From contig CAJWZP010000002.1 of the NCBI GenBank assembly GCA_913050325.1, positions 66,180 through 130,179 of the forward strand: a stretch of 64,000 bases of DNA, given 5' to 3'. The translations under genes and the position numbers were made by a program. The stretch is from an uncultured bacterium. GTDB lineage: Bacteria > Desulfobacterota_D > UBA1144. This document shows, piece after piece, positions 1 to 8,439 of the stretch (the first letter of the stretch is position 1; each line of letters begins with the position of its first letter). The notes beneath the pieces were generated by a model. It saw only the letters and a program-made list of their open reading frames with translations, had not been told where the DNA came from and did no database searches.

Positions 1-278
1 AATTAGTTTTAGATGAAAAAGCTCGTGACGAAAAAGGAGAAGATTTAGCATATAAGATTACAGAGCTTAGAAGAAAAAGAGAAGATTTTGAAGCTGATGT
101 GAAAATTGAAGATTCTAAATTTCAAAGAGATATTATGAGGAATGCCATGAAGGCAGTTAAAGTTGTTTCTGAACAGCTGGGATTTGACATAGTTATTTCT
201 TCACAATCTCCAGGCTTAATGTATTTGAATCCATCGCTAGATATAACAGATAAAGTTTTAGAGCAAATGAATAATTAA
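1..278 (+). CDS. skp: OmpH/Skp-family periplasmic chaperone, C-terminal fragment (5' end lies outside window)
   Basis: Frame 3 reads without stop to TAA at 276-278: ...DIMRNAMKAVKVVSEQLGFDIVISSQSPGLMYLNPSLDITDKVLEQMNN*. The Lys/Glu-rich coiled-coil followed by a 'GxxxVxxxxxxxxY' tail is typical of Skp. It sits immediately upstream of fabZ, as in skp-(lpxD)-fabZ clusters. Confidence 0.5.
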   Translation, partial: LVLDEKARDEKGEDLAYKITELRRKREDFEADVKIEDSKFQRDIMRNAMKAVKVVSEQLGFDIVISSQSPGLMYLNPSLDITDKVLEQMNN

Positions 279-284
279 CTTATT

Positions 285-719
285 ATGTTTATGAACAAGG
301 AAGAAATTAAAAAATATTTGCCTCATAGAGAACCTTTTTTATTTGTAGACACTGTTACAAATTTAAATAATGAAAAAAATATAGAAGGGACAGTAACATT
401 CCCTTCTAACTCTTTTTTTTTAGAAGGCCACTTTCCTGAAAGACCAATAGTGCCGGGTGTTATTATTGTAGAGTCTCTGGCTCAATTAGGTGGAATTTTA
501 ATTTATAAATCCTTTGAAAAAGATTTAATTGGTAAGGATCCTGCTCTTATTGCTATTGAAGCAGCCAAATTTAAAAAACCAACATTACCTGAAGAAAAAT
601 TAATAATTAAAGCAGAACTAGTTAAATCTAAGCTAAATATTTTTAAAATTTACGCTGAGGCATACAATGATGATATTTTAGCCGTATCCTCAAATATTAC
701 TGCGACCGTTTTAGCATAA
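285..719 (+). CDS. fabZ: 3-hydroxyacyl-[ACP] dehydratase FabZ
   Basis: 144 aa with the hot-dog fold motifs LPHREPFLFVD...FFxGHFPxxPIVPGVIIVESLAQ. The start may be the second Met at 291. Confidence 0.9.
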   Translation: MFMNKEEIKKYLPHREPFLFVDTVTNLNNEKNIEGTVTFPSNSFFLEGHFPERPIVPGVIIVESLAQLGGILIYKSFEKDLIGKDPALIAIEAAKFKKPTLPEEKLIIKAELVKSKLNIFKIYAEAYNDDILAVSSNITATVLA

Positions 720-738
720 TTTCCTATATTACTTAACA

Positions 739-783
739 TTGAGAATCTACTAACCGTATGTTAATATACGGCTTTATATTTTT
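739..783 (+). promoter_or_regulatory. Composite signal: sigma70-like promoter for the tRNA cluster, overlapping a hairpin plus T-tract that could terminate fabZ
   Basis: Promoter elements: -35 TTGAGA at 739-744, a 17-nt spacer, and -10 TAATAT at 762-767; the predicted TSS lies just before the tRNA-Thr 5' end at 784. Hairpin: inverted repeat CCGTAT(754-759)/ATACGG(766-771) with a 6-nt loop, followed by CTTTATATTTTT. Confidence 0.35.
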
Positions 784-855
784 GCTGGCGTAGCTCAGAG
801 GTAGAGCAGCTGATTTGTAATCAGCCGGTCGGGGGTTCAAGTCCCTTCGCCAGCT
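784..855 (+). tRNA. tRNA-Thr (anticodon TGT)
   Basis: Cloverleaf folded by hand. Acceptor GCTGGCG/CGCCAGC, D-arm GCTC-AGAGGTA-GAGC, anticodon stem GCTGA/TCAGC with loop TTTGTAA (anticodon TGT), T-arm GGGGG-TTCAAGT-CCCTT. No encoded CCA. Confidence 0.85.
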
Positions 856-860
856 AATTT

Positions 861-943
861 GGGGATATGGCAGAGTGGACAAATGCATCAGACTGTAAAT
901 CTGACGGCGTAAGCCTACGGTGGTTCGAATCCATCTATCCCCA
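861..943 (+). tRNA. tRNA-Tyr (anticodon GTA), class II with long variable arm
   Basis: Acceptor GGGGATA/TATCCCC, anticodon stem TCAGA/TCTGA with loop CTGTAAA, a 16-nt variable arm, T-arm GGTGG-TTCGAAT-CCATC. Confidence 0.85.
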
Positions 944-949
944 TAAAGC

Positions 950-1023
950 GCGGGAGTAGCTCAGTTGGCTAGAGCATCTGCCTTCCAAGCAGAGGGTCGC
1001 GGGTTCGAGTCCCGTTTCCCGCT
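950..1023 (+). tRNA. tRNA-Gly (anticodon TCC)
   Basis: Acceptor GCGGGAG/TTCCCGC (one G-U pair), D-arm GCTC-AGTTGGCTA-GAGC, anticodon stem TCTGC/GCAGA with loop CTTCCAA, T-arm with GTTCGAGTC. Confidence 0.85.
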
Positions 1024-1026
1024 TTT

Positions 1027-1098
<72 letters not shown>

Positions 1099-1156
1099 AA
1101 AAAATATTTTGGTAACAGTTATTGTTACTAGTAAATCAACGAGGTAGATTTAAGTT

Positions 1157-1318
1157 ATGGGAGATAATATAGTAGTAGTCGCTTTAGAGTGTATAGAATG
1201 TTCTGGAAAGAACAAGTATCACTATAGAAAAAATAAAAAAGTTCAAAGAGATAAACTTGAGCTGAAAAAATATTGTAAATATTGTAAGGGACATTTTATA
1301 CATAAAGAAACCAAATAG
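1157..1318 (+). CDS. rpmG: 50S ribosomal protein L33 (zinc-ribbon form), 53 aa; absent from the ORF track because it is under 60 aa
   Basis: Hand translation gives MGDNIVVVALECIECSGKNKYHYRKNKKVQRDKLELKKYCKYCKGHFIHKETK*. It has CxxC...CxxC knuckles and the L33 signature KLELKKYCxxCxxH. There is a GAGG SD 12 nt upstream. Its location upstream of secE-nusG matches the rpmG-secE-nusG arrangement of many bacteria. Confidence 0.8.
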   Translation: MGDNIVVVALECIECSGKNKYHYRKNKKVQRDKLELKKYCKYCKGHFIHKETK

Positions 1319-1389
1319 GGGTGTAGCTCAGTTGGTAGAGCGACGGTCTCCAAAACCGTAGGTCGGGAGTTCGAGACTCTCCACCCCTG
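1317..1389 (+). tRNA. tRNA-Trp (anticodon CCA)
   Basis: D-arm GCTC-AGTTGGTA-GAGC, anticodon stem CGGTC/GACCG-like with loop containing CTCCAAA (anticodon CCA), T-loop GTTCGAGAC. The 5' acceptor overlaps the rpmG stop codon by 2 nt, so the 5' end is +/-2 nt. Confidence 0.85.
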
Positions 1390-1404
1390 GGAGATAATAT
1401 AAAA

Positions 1405-1587
1405 ATGCTAAGTAAATTTTTTAGTGAAGTTAAAAACGAATTAGATAAAATTTCATGGATTGATAAGAGAGAGAATATTAAATCAACCGCTGGTGTGGTA
1501 ATAGTGACAATTGTTTTAGGTATAATTCTTTTGGTAATTGATTTAATTTTTTCAAAATTAACCGAATTCTTTTTAGGTGGTTCATAA
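1405..1587 (+). CDS. secE: preprotein translocase subunit SecE
   Basis: 60 aa with a single C-terminal TM helix (VVIVTIVLGIILLVIDLIF). Sits directly before nusG. Its stop TAA overlaps the nusG ATG (TAATG). Confidence 0.85.
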   Translation: MLSKFFSEVKNELDKISWIDKRENIKSTAGVVIVTIVLGIILLVIDLIFSKLTEFFLGGS

Positions 1588-2144
1588 TGTCTGATAAATG
1601 GTATGTAGTTCATGTTAATACAGGTTCGGAAGACACTGTTAAAAGTTATATTTTTGAGCAAATGAAAATGGATAAGTGTGATGGAATGGTGACAGATGTT
1701 TTAGTTCCCACCGAAACAATTGAAGAACAATTAAAAGGTGGAAAAAAGAAAACGTCTTCTAAGAAATTTTTTCCAGGATATCTTTTGGTTAAGACAGAAT
1801 TAAATGATGAATCTTGGCATTTTTTAAGAAAAATACCAAAAGTCATTGGCTTTGTGGGTGGTAAAGTAAAAGATGGTAAACTCGATCCTGATTCAGTTCC
1901 AAGCGTAGATGAATCTGAAATTAATAAAATGAGGAATAAAATAGAAGAGGGCACTCTCAAACCCACACCTAAAATTATATTTGATAAAGGTGAATCTGTT
2001 AAAGTTATTGAAGGACCTTTTGAAAGTTTTACGGGTATTGTAGAGGAAGTGAAAGTTGAAAAAGGTAAAATTCAGGTTATAGTTGAAATCTTTGGTAGAG
2101 CAACACCAATAGATCTTGATTTTAATCAAGTGGAGAAAATTTAA
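1587..2144 (+). CDS. nusG: transcription termination/antitermination factor NusG
   Basis: 185 aa with an NGN domain ([11 protein letters not shown]) and a C-terminal KOW motif ([21 protein letters not shown]). Confidence 0.9.
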   Translation: MSDKWYVVHVNTGSEDTVKSYIFEQMKMDKCDGMVTDVLVPTETIEEQLKGGKKKTSSKKFFPGYLLVKTELNDESWHFLRKIPKVIGFVGGKVKDGKLDPDSVPSVDESEINKMRNKIEEGTLKPTPKIIFDKGESVKVIEGPFESFTGIVEEVKVEKGKIQVIVEIFGRATPIDLDFNQVEKI

Positions 2145-2563
2145 TGAAAAAAGTATCTGGAAGTTTAAAACTCCTTTGTGAAGCTGGTAAAGCTTCACCT
2201 GCACCTCCTATTGGACCCGCTCTTGGGCAAAAAGGGGTCAATATTATGGAGTTTTGTAAAGCTTTCAACGCAGAATCTCAAAAACTCGAAGGTACACTGC
2301 CTGTTGTTGTTACGGTATATGAAGATAGATCTTTTTCTTTTGTAATAAAGACTCCTCCTGTGTCATATTTAATAAAAAAAGCAGCAAATATTCAAAAAGG
2401 ATCTAAAACAACTCCAATGGTAAAAGTAGGTAAAATTTCAAAAAATCAAGTTGAAGAAATTGCTAAAACAAAAATGGTAGATTTAAATGCAAATGATATC
2501 TCAAGTGCGATGAAAATCGTTGAGGGAACTGCAAAAAGTATGGGTGTAGAAGTAGAGGTTTAA
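2144..2563 (+). CDS. rplK: 50S ribosomal protein L11
   Basis: 139 aa; [22 protein letters not shown] is the L11 signature. Confidence 0.95.
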   Translation: MKKVSGSLKLLCEAGKASPAPPIGPALGQKGVNIMEFCKAFNAESQKLEGTLPVVVTVYEDRSFSFVIKTPPVSYLIKKAANIQKGSKTTPMVKVGKISKNQVEEIAKTKMVDLNANDISSAMKIVEGTAKSMGVEVEV

Positions 2564-3286
2564 ATGAGTAAGCTAAAAGAAAAACAAGAAAATATAAAAA
2601 GTAAATTTGATTCTAATAAGTTCTATTCTATTAAAGAAGCTGTAGAAATTATCAAGACTATTGAATCGTCTAAATTTGATGAAACAATAGACATATCAGT
2701 TCAACTAGGAATTGATCCCAAAAAATCAGATGAACAAATTAAGTATGCAATTATGCCACCTCATTCACTTGGTAAGACAATTAAAGTACTTGCAATTTGT
2801 AATGGTGATTATCAAAAAATCGCGACAGATGCCGGCGCCGATATTGTTGGTGGTGAAGAAATTATTGATAAAATTTTGAATGAAAGTTGGGTTGATTTTG
2901 ATGTTGTAATATCAATACCAGAATTAATGCCAAAAGTTGGTAAATTAGGAAAAATCTTGGGCCCCAAAGGAATAATGCCTAGCCCTAAAATGGGAACAGT
3001 AACTAAAGATATTGAAAAAGCTGTAAAAGAGTCTAAGCAGGGTAGGATTGAGATTAAAAATGATAAACTTGGTTTAGCAAATTTTCCTGCAGCTAAAAAA
3101 TCTTTTGATAGTTCTTCAATATTAGATAATATTTATCACTTAATGAATTCTCTTAATTCATCAAAACCATCATCATCTAAAGGGGTTTTTATGAAAAAGG
3201 TTACAATTTCATCAACCATGGGTCCTGGTTTGAAAATTGATTTATCTTCGTTAAAAGATGAAATTAAAAGTGGAGTACAACAATAA
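2564..3286 (+). CDS. rplA: 50S ribosomal protein L1
   Basis: 240 aa with L1 family motifs (ETIDISVQLGIDPKKSDEQI..., GKLGKILGPKGIMPSPK). Confidence 0.95.
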   Translation: MSKLKEKQENIKSKFDSNKFYSIKEAVEIIKTIESSKFDETIDISVQLGIDPKKSDEQIKYAIMPPHSLGKTIKVLAICNGDYQKIATDAGADIVGGEEIIDKILNESWVDFDVVISIPELMPKVGKLGKILGPKGIMPSPKMGTVTKDIEKAVKESKQGRIEIKNDKLGLANFPAAKKSFDSSSILDNIYHLMNSLNSSKPSSSKGVFMKKVTISSTMGPGLKIDLSSLKDEIKSGVQQ

Positions 3287-3801
3287 TGTTAAGTAAGGAA
3301 AATAAAAAAGATATAGTTTTAAATTATTCTAAAGAGCTCTCTGACTCACCTTCTTTTCTTTTGATTAATTACGCAGGTTCTAAAGTTAAAGAGTTTGAGA
3401 GTTTAAGAAAAGCTTTTAATAAAATTAACACTAAAATTTCTGTTGTTAAAAATACTTTACTTCAAAAAGCAACAGAAAATACAGATTTTAAAGAGCATTT
3501 CTCTTCATTAAAAGGTGAAACAGCTATAGCACTTTTAAACGAAAATTATGTAGAAGCTGCTAAATCTTTCATGGATATTAAAAAAGAAAGCCCTGTGTTT
3601 GAAATAAAGTTTGGCTATATTGATGGAAATGTTATAACAGTAAGTGAATTAGAGAAAATATCAAAGTTGCCATCAAAAGAAGTTTTAATTAGCCAATTCT
3701 TATCTGTCTTGAATCAGCCTATAGCTAAATTCGCATATGCGGCGAAATCAATACCCTCAAGTTTAATAAATGTATTAAATAACTTGAAAGATAAAAAATA
3801 A
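3286..3801 (+). CDS. rplJ: 50S ribosomal protein L10
   Basis: 171 aa; position between rplA and rplL; L10-like N-terminal region. Confidence 0.9.
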   Translation: MLSKENKKDIVLNYSKELSDSPSFLLINYAGSKVKEFESLRKAFNKINTKISVVKNTLLQKATENTDFKEHFSSLKGETAIALLNENYVEAAKSFMDIKKESPVFEIKFGYIDGNVITVSELEKISKLPSKEVLISQFLSVLNQPIAKFAYAAKSIPSSLINVLNNLKDKK

Positions 3802-3837
3802 CCATATATAATACGAGTTCAATATTCGGAGGAAATT

Positions 3838-4224
3838 ATGCCTGAAGTTTCAAGAGAAGACGTTATAAGTTATCTAGAAAATGCAAATTTACTGGAAATT
3901 TCTGAATTAGTTAAGGACATTGAAGAAAAATTTGGTGTCCAAGCGGCTGCACCTGTTGCTGTTGCTGCAGCTCCAGCTGGTTCAGCACCTGCGGAAGGTT
4001 CTGCTGAAGAAAAAACAGAGTTTGATGTAACTCTTAGCGATGCTGGTGGCGAGAAAATTAAAGTTATCAAGATAGTGAGAGAAGTCACTGCACTTGGGCT
4101 AAAAGAAGCTAAAGAGCTTGTTGAATCTGCCCCTAAGCCCCTTAAACAAGGTGTTAAAAAGGAAGAAGCAGAAGAAATCAAGAAAAAACTAGAAGATGTT
4201 GGCGCTAAAGTAGAGTTAGCTTAG
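3838..4224 (+). CDS. rplL: 50S ribosomal protein L7/L12
   Basis: 128 aa with an Ala-rich hinge ([24 protein letters not shown]) and a conserved C-terminal domain ([55 protein letters not shown]). Confidence 0.95.
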   Translation: MPEVSREDVISYLENANLLEISELVKDIEEKFGVQAAAPVAVAAAPAGSAPAEGSAEEKTEFDVTLSDAGGEKIKVIKIVREVTALGLKEAKELVESAPKPLKQGVKKEEAEEIKKKLEDVGAKVELA

Positions 4225-4260
4225 TTTTAATTAGTTATCATAAGTCCAAGAGGTGAATTT

Positions 4261-7200
4261 TTGCATAAAGAAAATATTCTTTTAACAAAACGTAGAAAAA
4301 GTTTTAGAGATAGACTAAAGACAGTTACTGATATTCCAGACTTGTTAAGTGTTCAAAAAGAATCATTTAACTTGCTTATACAGGCTGACGTCGATCCTGA
4401 TAAAAGAGAAAATATTGGCTTAGAAAAGGTGTTTAGGGCATCTTTTCCTATTGATGATTATCAGGGTAGGGCTTCTTTAAGTTATGTTTCATATCGTGTT
4501 GAGGAACCGAAATATAGTATAGCTGAGTGTAAACTCAAAGGTTACAATTATCAGTCAGCAATTCATGTAAAGTTTGACCTTTGCACCTGGGAATATGATT
4601 TAGATGAGAACGAAAATCCTATTCTCGAAACCAAAAGAGTTAAAGATATCAAACAACAAGAAGTTTTCTTTGGTGAAATTCCAATAATGACTCCAAATGG
4701 TGCTTTTGTAATTAATGGTACTGAGCGTGTTATTGTGAATCAACTTCATAGATCACCTGGTGTTTTTTTTGATGCTCAAAGAGGTTCTAAAGACCTAACA
4801 TCTTCTGGTAAAACTAATTTTACTGCTAGAATCGTTCCACAAGATGGCAGATGGCTAGATTTTGAATTTGATTCTAAAGATATTCTTTTTGTTAGGATTG
4901 ATAGAAAAAAGAAATTTCATTCGACACTTCTGATGTTAGCTTTAGGAGAAAATGCCAATACTATTTTAGATACCTTTTATAAAAAAGAATCAATTTCGTT
5001 TGATGGCAAGGGTTTTTCTAAAGATATTAATTTTGATTTATTACCATACCAAAGAGCCTCCCAAGATATAAGTGATAAAAATGGAAATCTTATTATAAGA
5101 GAGAATAGAAGATTTAATGAAAGAATTATAGAAAAAATTAACAGTTCTAAAATGAATAAATTGGAAGTACCAGATGAAGAACTACTTGGGTCTTATTTAG
5201 TTAAAAAAATAGATGGTACATTTGATCCTGAGGATGAAATTCAGTCCAATTTAATAGAAGAAATTACAGAAGAAACAATTGAATTAATTAGAGATAATAA
5301 TATTGATAAATTTGAAATATATTATGTTGATAATAACTTTTTTACCAACTCACTTGTTCTTACCATAAATGAAATGATATCTAAAACTAAAGTTTTAACA
5401 AAAGAACAAGCGGTTGCAGAAATTTATAAAAAATTTAGACCTACCGACCCTCCAACGCCAAAAGTTGCCATGACATTTTTTGATAATATGTTTTTTAGTG
5501 AAGATACCTATAGGTTATCAAGAGTTGGAAGAATGAAAATAAATTATAAGTTAAATCATGGAGTATCAAATTCAAAATTGTGTTTAGATCCTCGAGACAT
5601 TCTAGAGTCTTTTAAATATCTTTTACTCTTAAAATCAGGTAGGGGTGAAGTTGATGATATTGATCACTTAGGTAATAGACGAGTAAGAACAGTTGGAGAG
5701 TTAATTGAGGATAGATTTTTTGTAGGTCTTGAAAGACTTTCAAAAAGTATTAAAGAAAAATTAATGTATAACGTCGTTGATGAAATGTTCCCAGCCGATA
5801 TTGTAATACCAAAAAGTGTAACTTCTGTTGTTAAAGAGTTTTTTGCAACCGGTCAACTTTCCCAATTTATGGATCAAACAAATCCACTTTCTGAAATAAC
5901 ACATAAAAGAAGATTGAGTGCTTTAGGGCCCGGGGGTCTGACAAGAGAACGAGCGGGATTTGAAGTTAGAGATGTTCATTCATCTCATTATGGTCGTATC
6001 TGTCCTATTGAGACACCAGAGGGTCCGAATATTGGATTAATATCAAGTTTAAGCACATATTCTAAAATTAATGAACATGGATTCATTCTAACTCCGTATA
6101 GAGAGGTTAATGATTGTAAAGTAACCAATAAAATCAAATATCTTAATGCACTAGAAGAAGAGGATTATATAATAGCCCAAGCTAATGCGGAATTAAATGA
6201 AGATAATATCTTTTTAAATGATTTGGTTGATGCAAGAAATGCTGGTGAATTTGAAGTTGTTTCAAAAGAGGATGTTCAATTAATGGATGTTTCTCCAGCT
6301 CAATTAGTATCAGTGTCTTCATCTTTAATTCCATTTCTTGAGCATGACGATGCTAACAGAGCCTTGATGGGTTCAAATATGCAAAGGCAAGCTGTACCTT
6401 TGTTAAAATCTTCTGCTCCTTTAGTTGGAACTGGTTTTGAAAAAAATATTTCTCGCGACTCTGGAGTTAATGTTATTGCCAATAATGATGGAACTGTTGA
6501 TTATGTTGATTCTTCAAAAATTGTTATCTTAAAAGATGATAAGAATTCAAATGAAGTATCTGATATATATGACTTAATCAAATTTCAAAGATCAAATCAG
6601 AATACATGTTGGAATCAAAAACCGATAGTCAAAAAAGGCCAGAAAATTAAAAAAGGGGATATAATAGCTGATGGTCCGTCAACTGAATATGGTGAATTAG
6701 CACTTGGAAAAAATATAATGATAGCCTTTATGGCATGGGGTGGATATAATTTTGAGGATGCTATTTTAATAAGCGAGAGACTCTCAAAAGAGGATACTTT
6801 TACATCTGTCCATATTGAAGAATTTGAATGTATCTCCAGAGAAACAAAACTAGGTAAAGAGGAAATTACAAGAGACATTCCAAATGTTAATGAGGATAAC
6901 CTTTCTTTTCTTGACAAAGATGGAATAATCCAAATTGGAGCTGAGGTAAAACCAAATGACATATTGGTTGGAAAAATATCTCCAAAGGGTGAGACACAAT
7001 TATCTCCTGAGGAGAGATTGTTAAGAGCAATTTTTGGTGACAAAGCTGGTGATGTAAAAGATACTTCTTTAAGAGTTCCACCGGGAGTAAACGGAATAGT
7101 ATTAGATGTTAAAACACTTGTTTCAAGATTAGGTGATAAACAGGATCAGTCAAGATCAGGTTCTCCTGAAGTAATTGAATTAAAAGCTCAGCTAGAAAAA

Positions 7201-8421
7201 GAAGTTGATTATATTAAATCTGAAGCCCGTTCAAAATTAAAAAATATTTTTGTTGGAAAAACATCTATAAACGATGTTAGATCAAGTAGGAAAATTGTTC
7301 TTAAAAAAACTAAAGAAATTACTGAAGAGTCTTTTGCATTGGTTCCTTATGATAAAATTATTACAATTGAATTTAATGAAAGATCAAATTTTTTAAATGA
7401 GATTGAATCAATTCTAAAGATTTGTGATGAAAAAATTGAAAGTGTTTCTAGCAGAATCAATGTTGAAATAGATAAATTATCACAACCAGATGATTTACAG
7501 CCTGGTGTTTTAAAAGTTATTAAAGTATATGTCGCTGTTAAGAGAAAACACCAAGTTGGTGATAAAATGGCTGGTAGACATGGAAATAAAGGAGTTGTTT
7601 CAAGGGTCCTTCCTGTTGAAGATATGCCTTATCTTCCAGATGGTACGCCTGTTGATATGGTTTTAAATCCTTTGGGAGTTCCATCCAGAATGAATGTAGG
7701 ACAAATATTAGAGACACACTTAGGTTTAGCGGCTAAGTCATTAGGTAATCAGATAAATCATGAATTAAATGATAAGTTTCCAAATACGGTAAAATTAAGA
7801 GAACTGATAAATGGTTTTTATAAAAATGATATTGATTACATAAATAATGTAAAAAAATTAAATGATGAAGATTTGATAGATTTAGCCAAACGACTTTCAG
7901 AAGGAGTACCTGTTGAGACTCCTATTTTTGAGGGTGTAAAAGAATCCGATATTCGTTCTTTGTTGGATGAAAATCATTTTCCACAAGATGGTAAGCTCAC
8001 ATTGTTTAATGGTGAAACTGGTGAGCCTTTTGATCAAAGAGTTACCGTTGGTATTATGTATATGATTAAATTACATCATTTGGTCGAAGAAAAGATTCAT
8101 GCCAGAGCTATTGGACCTTACTCACTTGTCACACAGCAACCTCTTGGTGGTAAGTCTCATTTTGGTGGTCAAAGATTAGGGGAAATGGAAGTTTGGGCGC
8201 TTGAAGCTTACGGCGCAGCTAATACTCTTCAAGAATTTTTGACTGTGAAATCGGATGATGTAATTGGTAGAACACGACTTTTTGATTCTATTGTAAAAAA
8301 TAAATTGAAGTTTGAGCCTGGAATTCCTGAATCTTTTAATGTTTTAACTAACGAATTGAAATCTTTGGGGCTAAACATTGAAATGATGGATAAAGGAGAT
8401 GAAGTTGATGCTGAAAGCTAA
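4261..8421 (+). CDS. rpoB: DNA-directed RNA polymerase subunit beta (TTG start)
   Basis: 1386 aa with rpoB hallmarks (GEIPIMTPNGAFVINGTERVIVNQLHRSPGVFFD; RRLSALGPGGLTRERAGFEVRDVHSSHYGRICPIETPEGPNIGLI; GEMEVWALEAYGAA). AGGTG SD 5 nt before TTG. Confidence 0.97.
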   Translation: MHKENILLTKRRKSFRDRLKTVTDIPDLLSVQKESFNLLIQADVDPDKRENIGLEKVFRASFPIDDYQGRASLSYVSYRVEEPKYSIAECKLKGYNYQSAIHVKFDLCTWEYDLDENENPILETKRVKDIKQQEVFFGEIPIMTPNGAFVINGTERVIVNQLHRSPGVFFDAQRGSKDLTSSGKTNFTARIVPQDGRWLDFEFDSKDILFVRIDRKKKFHSTLLMLALGENANTILDTFYKKESISFDGKGFSKDINFDLLPYQRASQDISDKNGNLIIRENRRFNERIIEKINSSKMNKLEVPDEELLGSYLVKKIDGTFDPEDEIQSNLIEEITEETIELIRDNNIDKFEIYYVDNNFFTNSLVLTINEMISKTKVLTKEQAVAEIYKKFRPTDPPTPKVAMTFFDNMFFSEDTYRLSRVGRMKINYKLNHGVSNSKLCLDPRDILESFKYLLLLKSGRGEVDDIDHLGNRRVRTVGELIEDRFFVGLERLSKSIKEKLMYNVVDEMFPADIVIPKSVTSVVKEFFATGQLSQFMDQTNPLSEITHKRRLSALGPGGLTRERAGFEVRDVHSSHYGRICPIETPEGPNIGLISSLSTYSKINEHGFILTPYREVNDCKVTNKIKYLNALEEEDYIIAQANAELNEDNIFLNDLVDARNAGEFEVVSKEDVQLMDVSPAQLVSVSSSLIPFLEHDDANRALMGSNMQRQAVPLLKSSAPLVGTGFEKNISRDSGVNVIANNDGTVDYVDSSKIVILKDDKNSNEVSDIYDLIKFQRSNQNTCWNQKPIVKKGQKIKKGDIIADGPSTEYGELALGKNIMIAFMAWGGYNFEDAILISERLSKEDTFTSVHIEEFECISRETKLGKEEITRDIPNVNEDNLSFLDKDGIIQIGAEVKPNDILVGKISPKGETQLSPEERLLRAIFGDKAGDVKDTSLRVPPGVNGIVLDVKTLVSRLGDKQDQSRSGSPEVIELKAQLEKEVDYIKSEARSKLKNIFVGKTSINDVRSSRKIVLKKTKEITEESFALVPYDKIITIEFNERSNFLNEIESILKICDEKIESVSSRINVEIDKLSQPDDLQPGVLKVIKVYVAVKRKHQVGDKMAGRHGNKGVVSRVLPVEDMPYLPDGTPVDMVLNPLGVPSRMNVGQILETHLGLAAKSLGNQINHELNDKFPNTVKLRELINGFYKNDIDYINNVKKLNDEDLIDLAKRLSEGVPVETPIFEGVKESDIRSLLDENHFPQDGKLTLFNGETGEPFDQRVTVGIMYMIKLHHLVEEKIHARAIGPYSLVTQQPLGGKSHFGGQRLGEMEVWALEAYGAANTLQEFLTVKSDDVIGRTRLFDSIVKNKLKFEPGIPESFNVLTNELKSLGLNIEMMDKGDEVDAES

Positions 8422-8439
8422 TATTTTGGAGGAAAGTTT

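Noticed and set aside
1109-1126. Hairpin GTAACA-GTTAT-TGTTAC between tRNA-Thr(GGT) and rpmG
   Set aside because: It is not followed by a T-tract, so it is not a convincing terminator; possibly an RNase processing site. Too weak to call.
1296-1661. 121-aa minus-strand ORF
   Set aside because: It runs antisense through tRNA-Trp, secE and the nusG start. These are all well-supported features, so this is a spurious AT-rich open frame.
1646-2204. Two minus-strand ORFs (106 and 103 aa) inside nusG/rplK
   Set aside because: Antisense to highly conserved nusG and L11 coding sequence, with no independent signals.
3870-4181. 103-aa minus-strand Ala/Ser-rich ORF
   Set aside because: Mirror frame of the Ala-rich rplL (L7/L12) hinge; a composition artefact.
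6300-7081. Three minus-strand ORFs (60-142 aa) inside rpoB
   Set aside because: Antisense to rpoB, with no SD or conservation expected.
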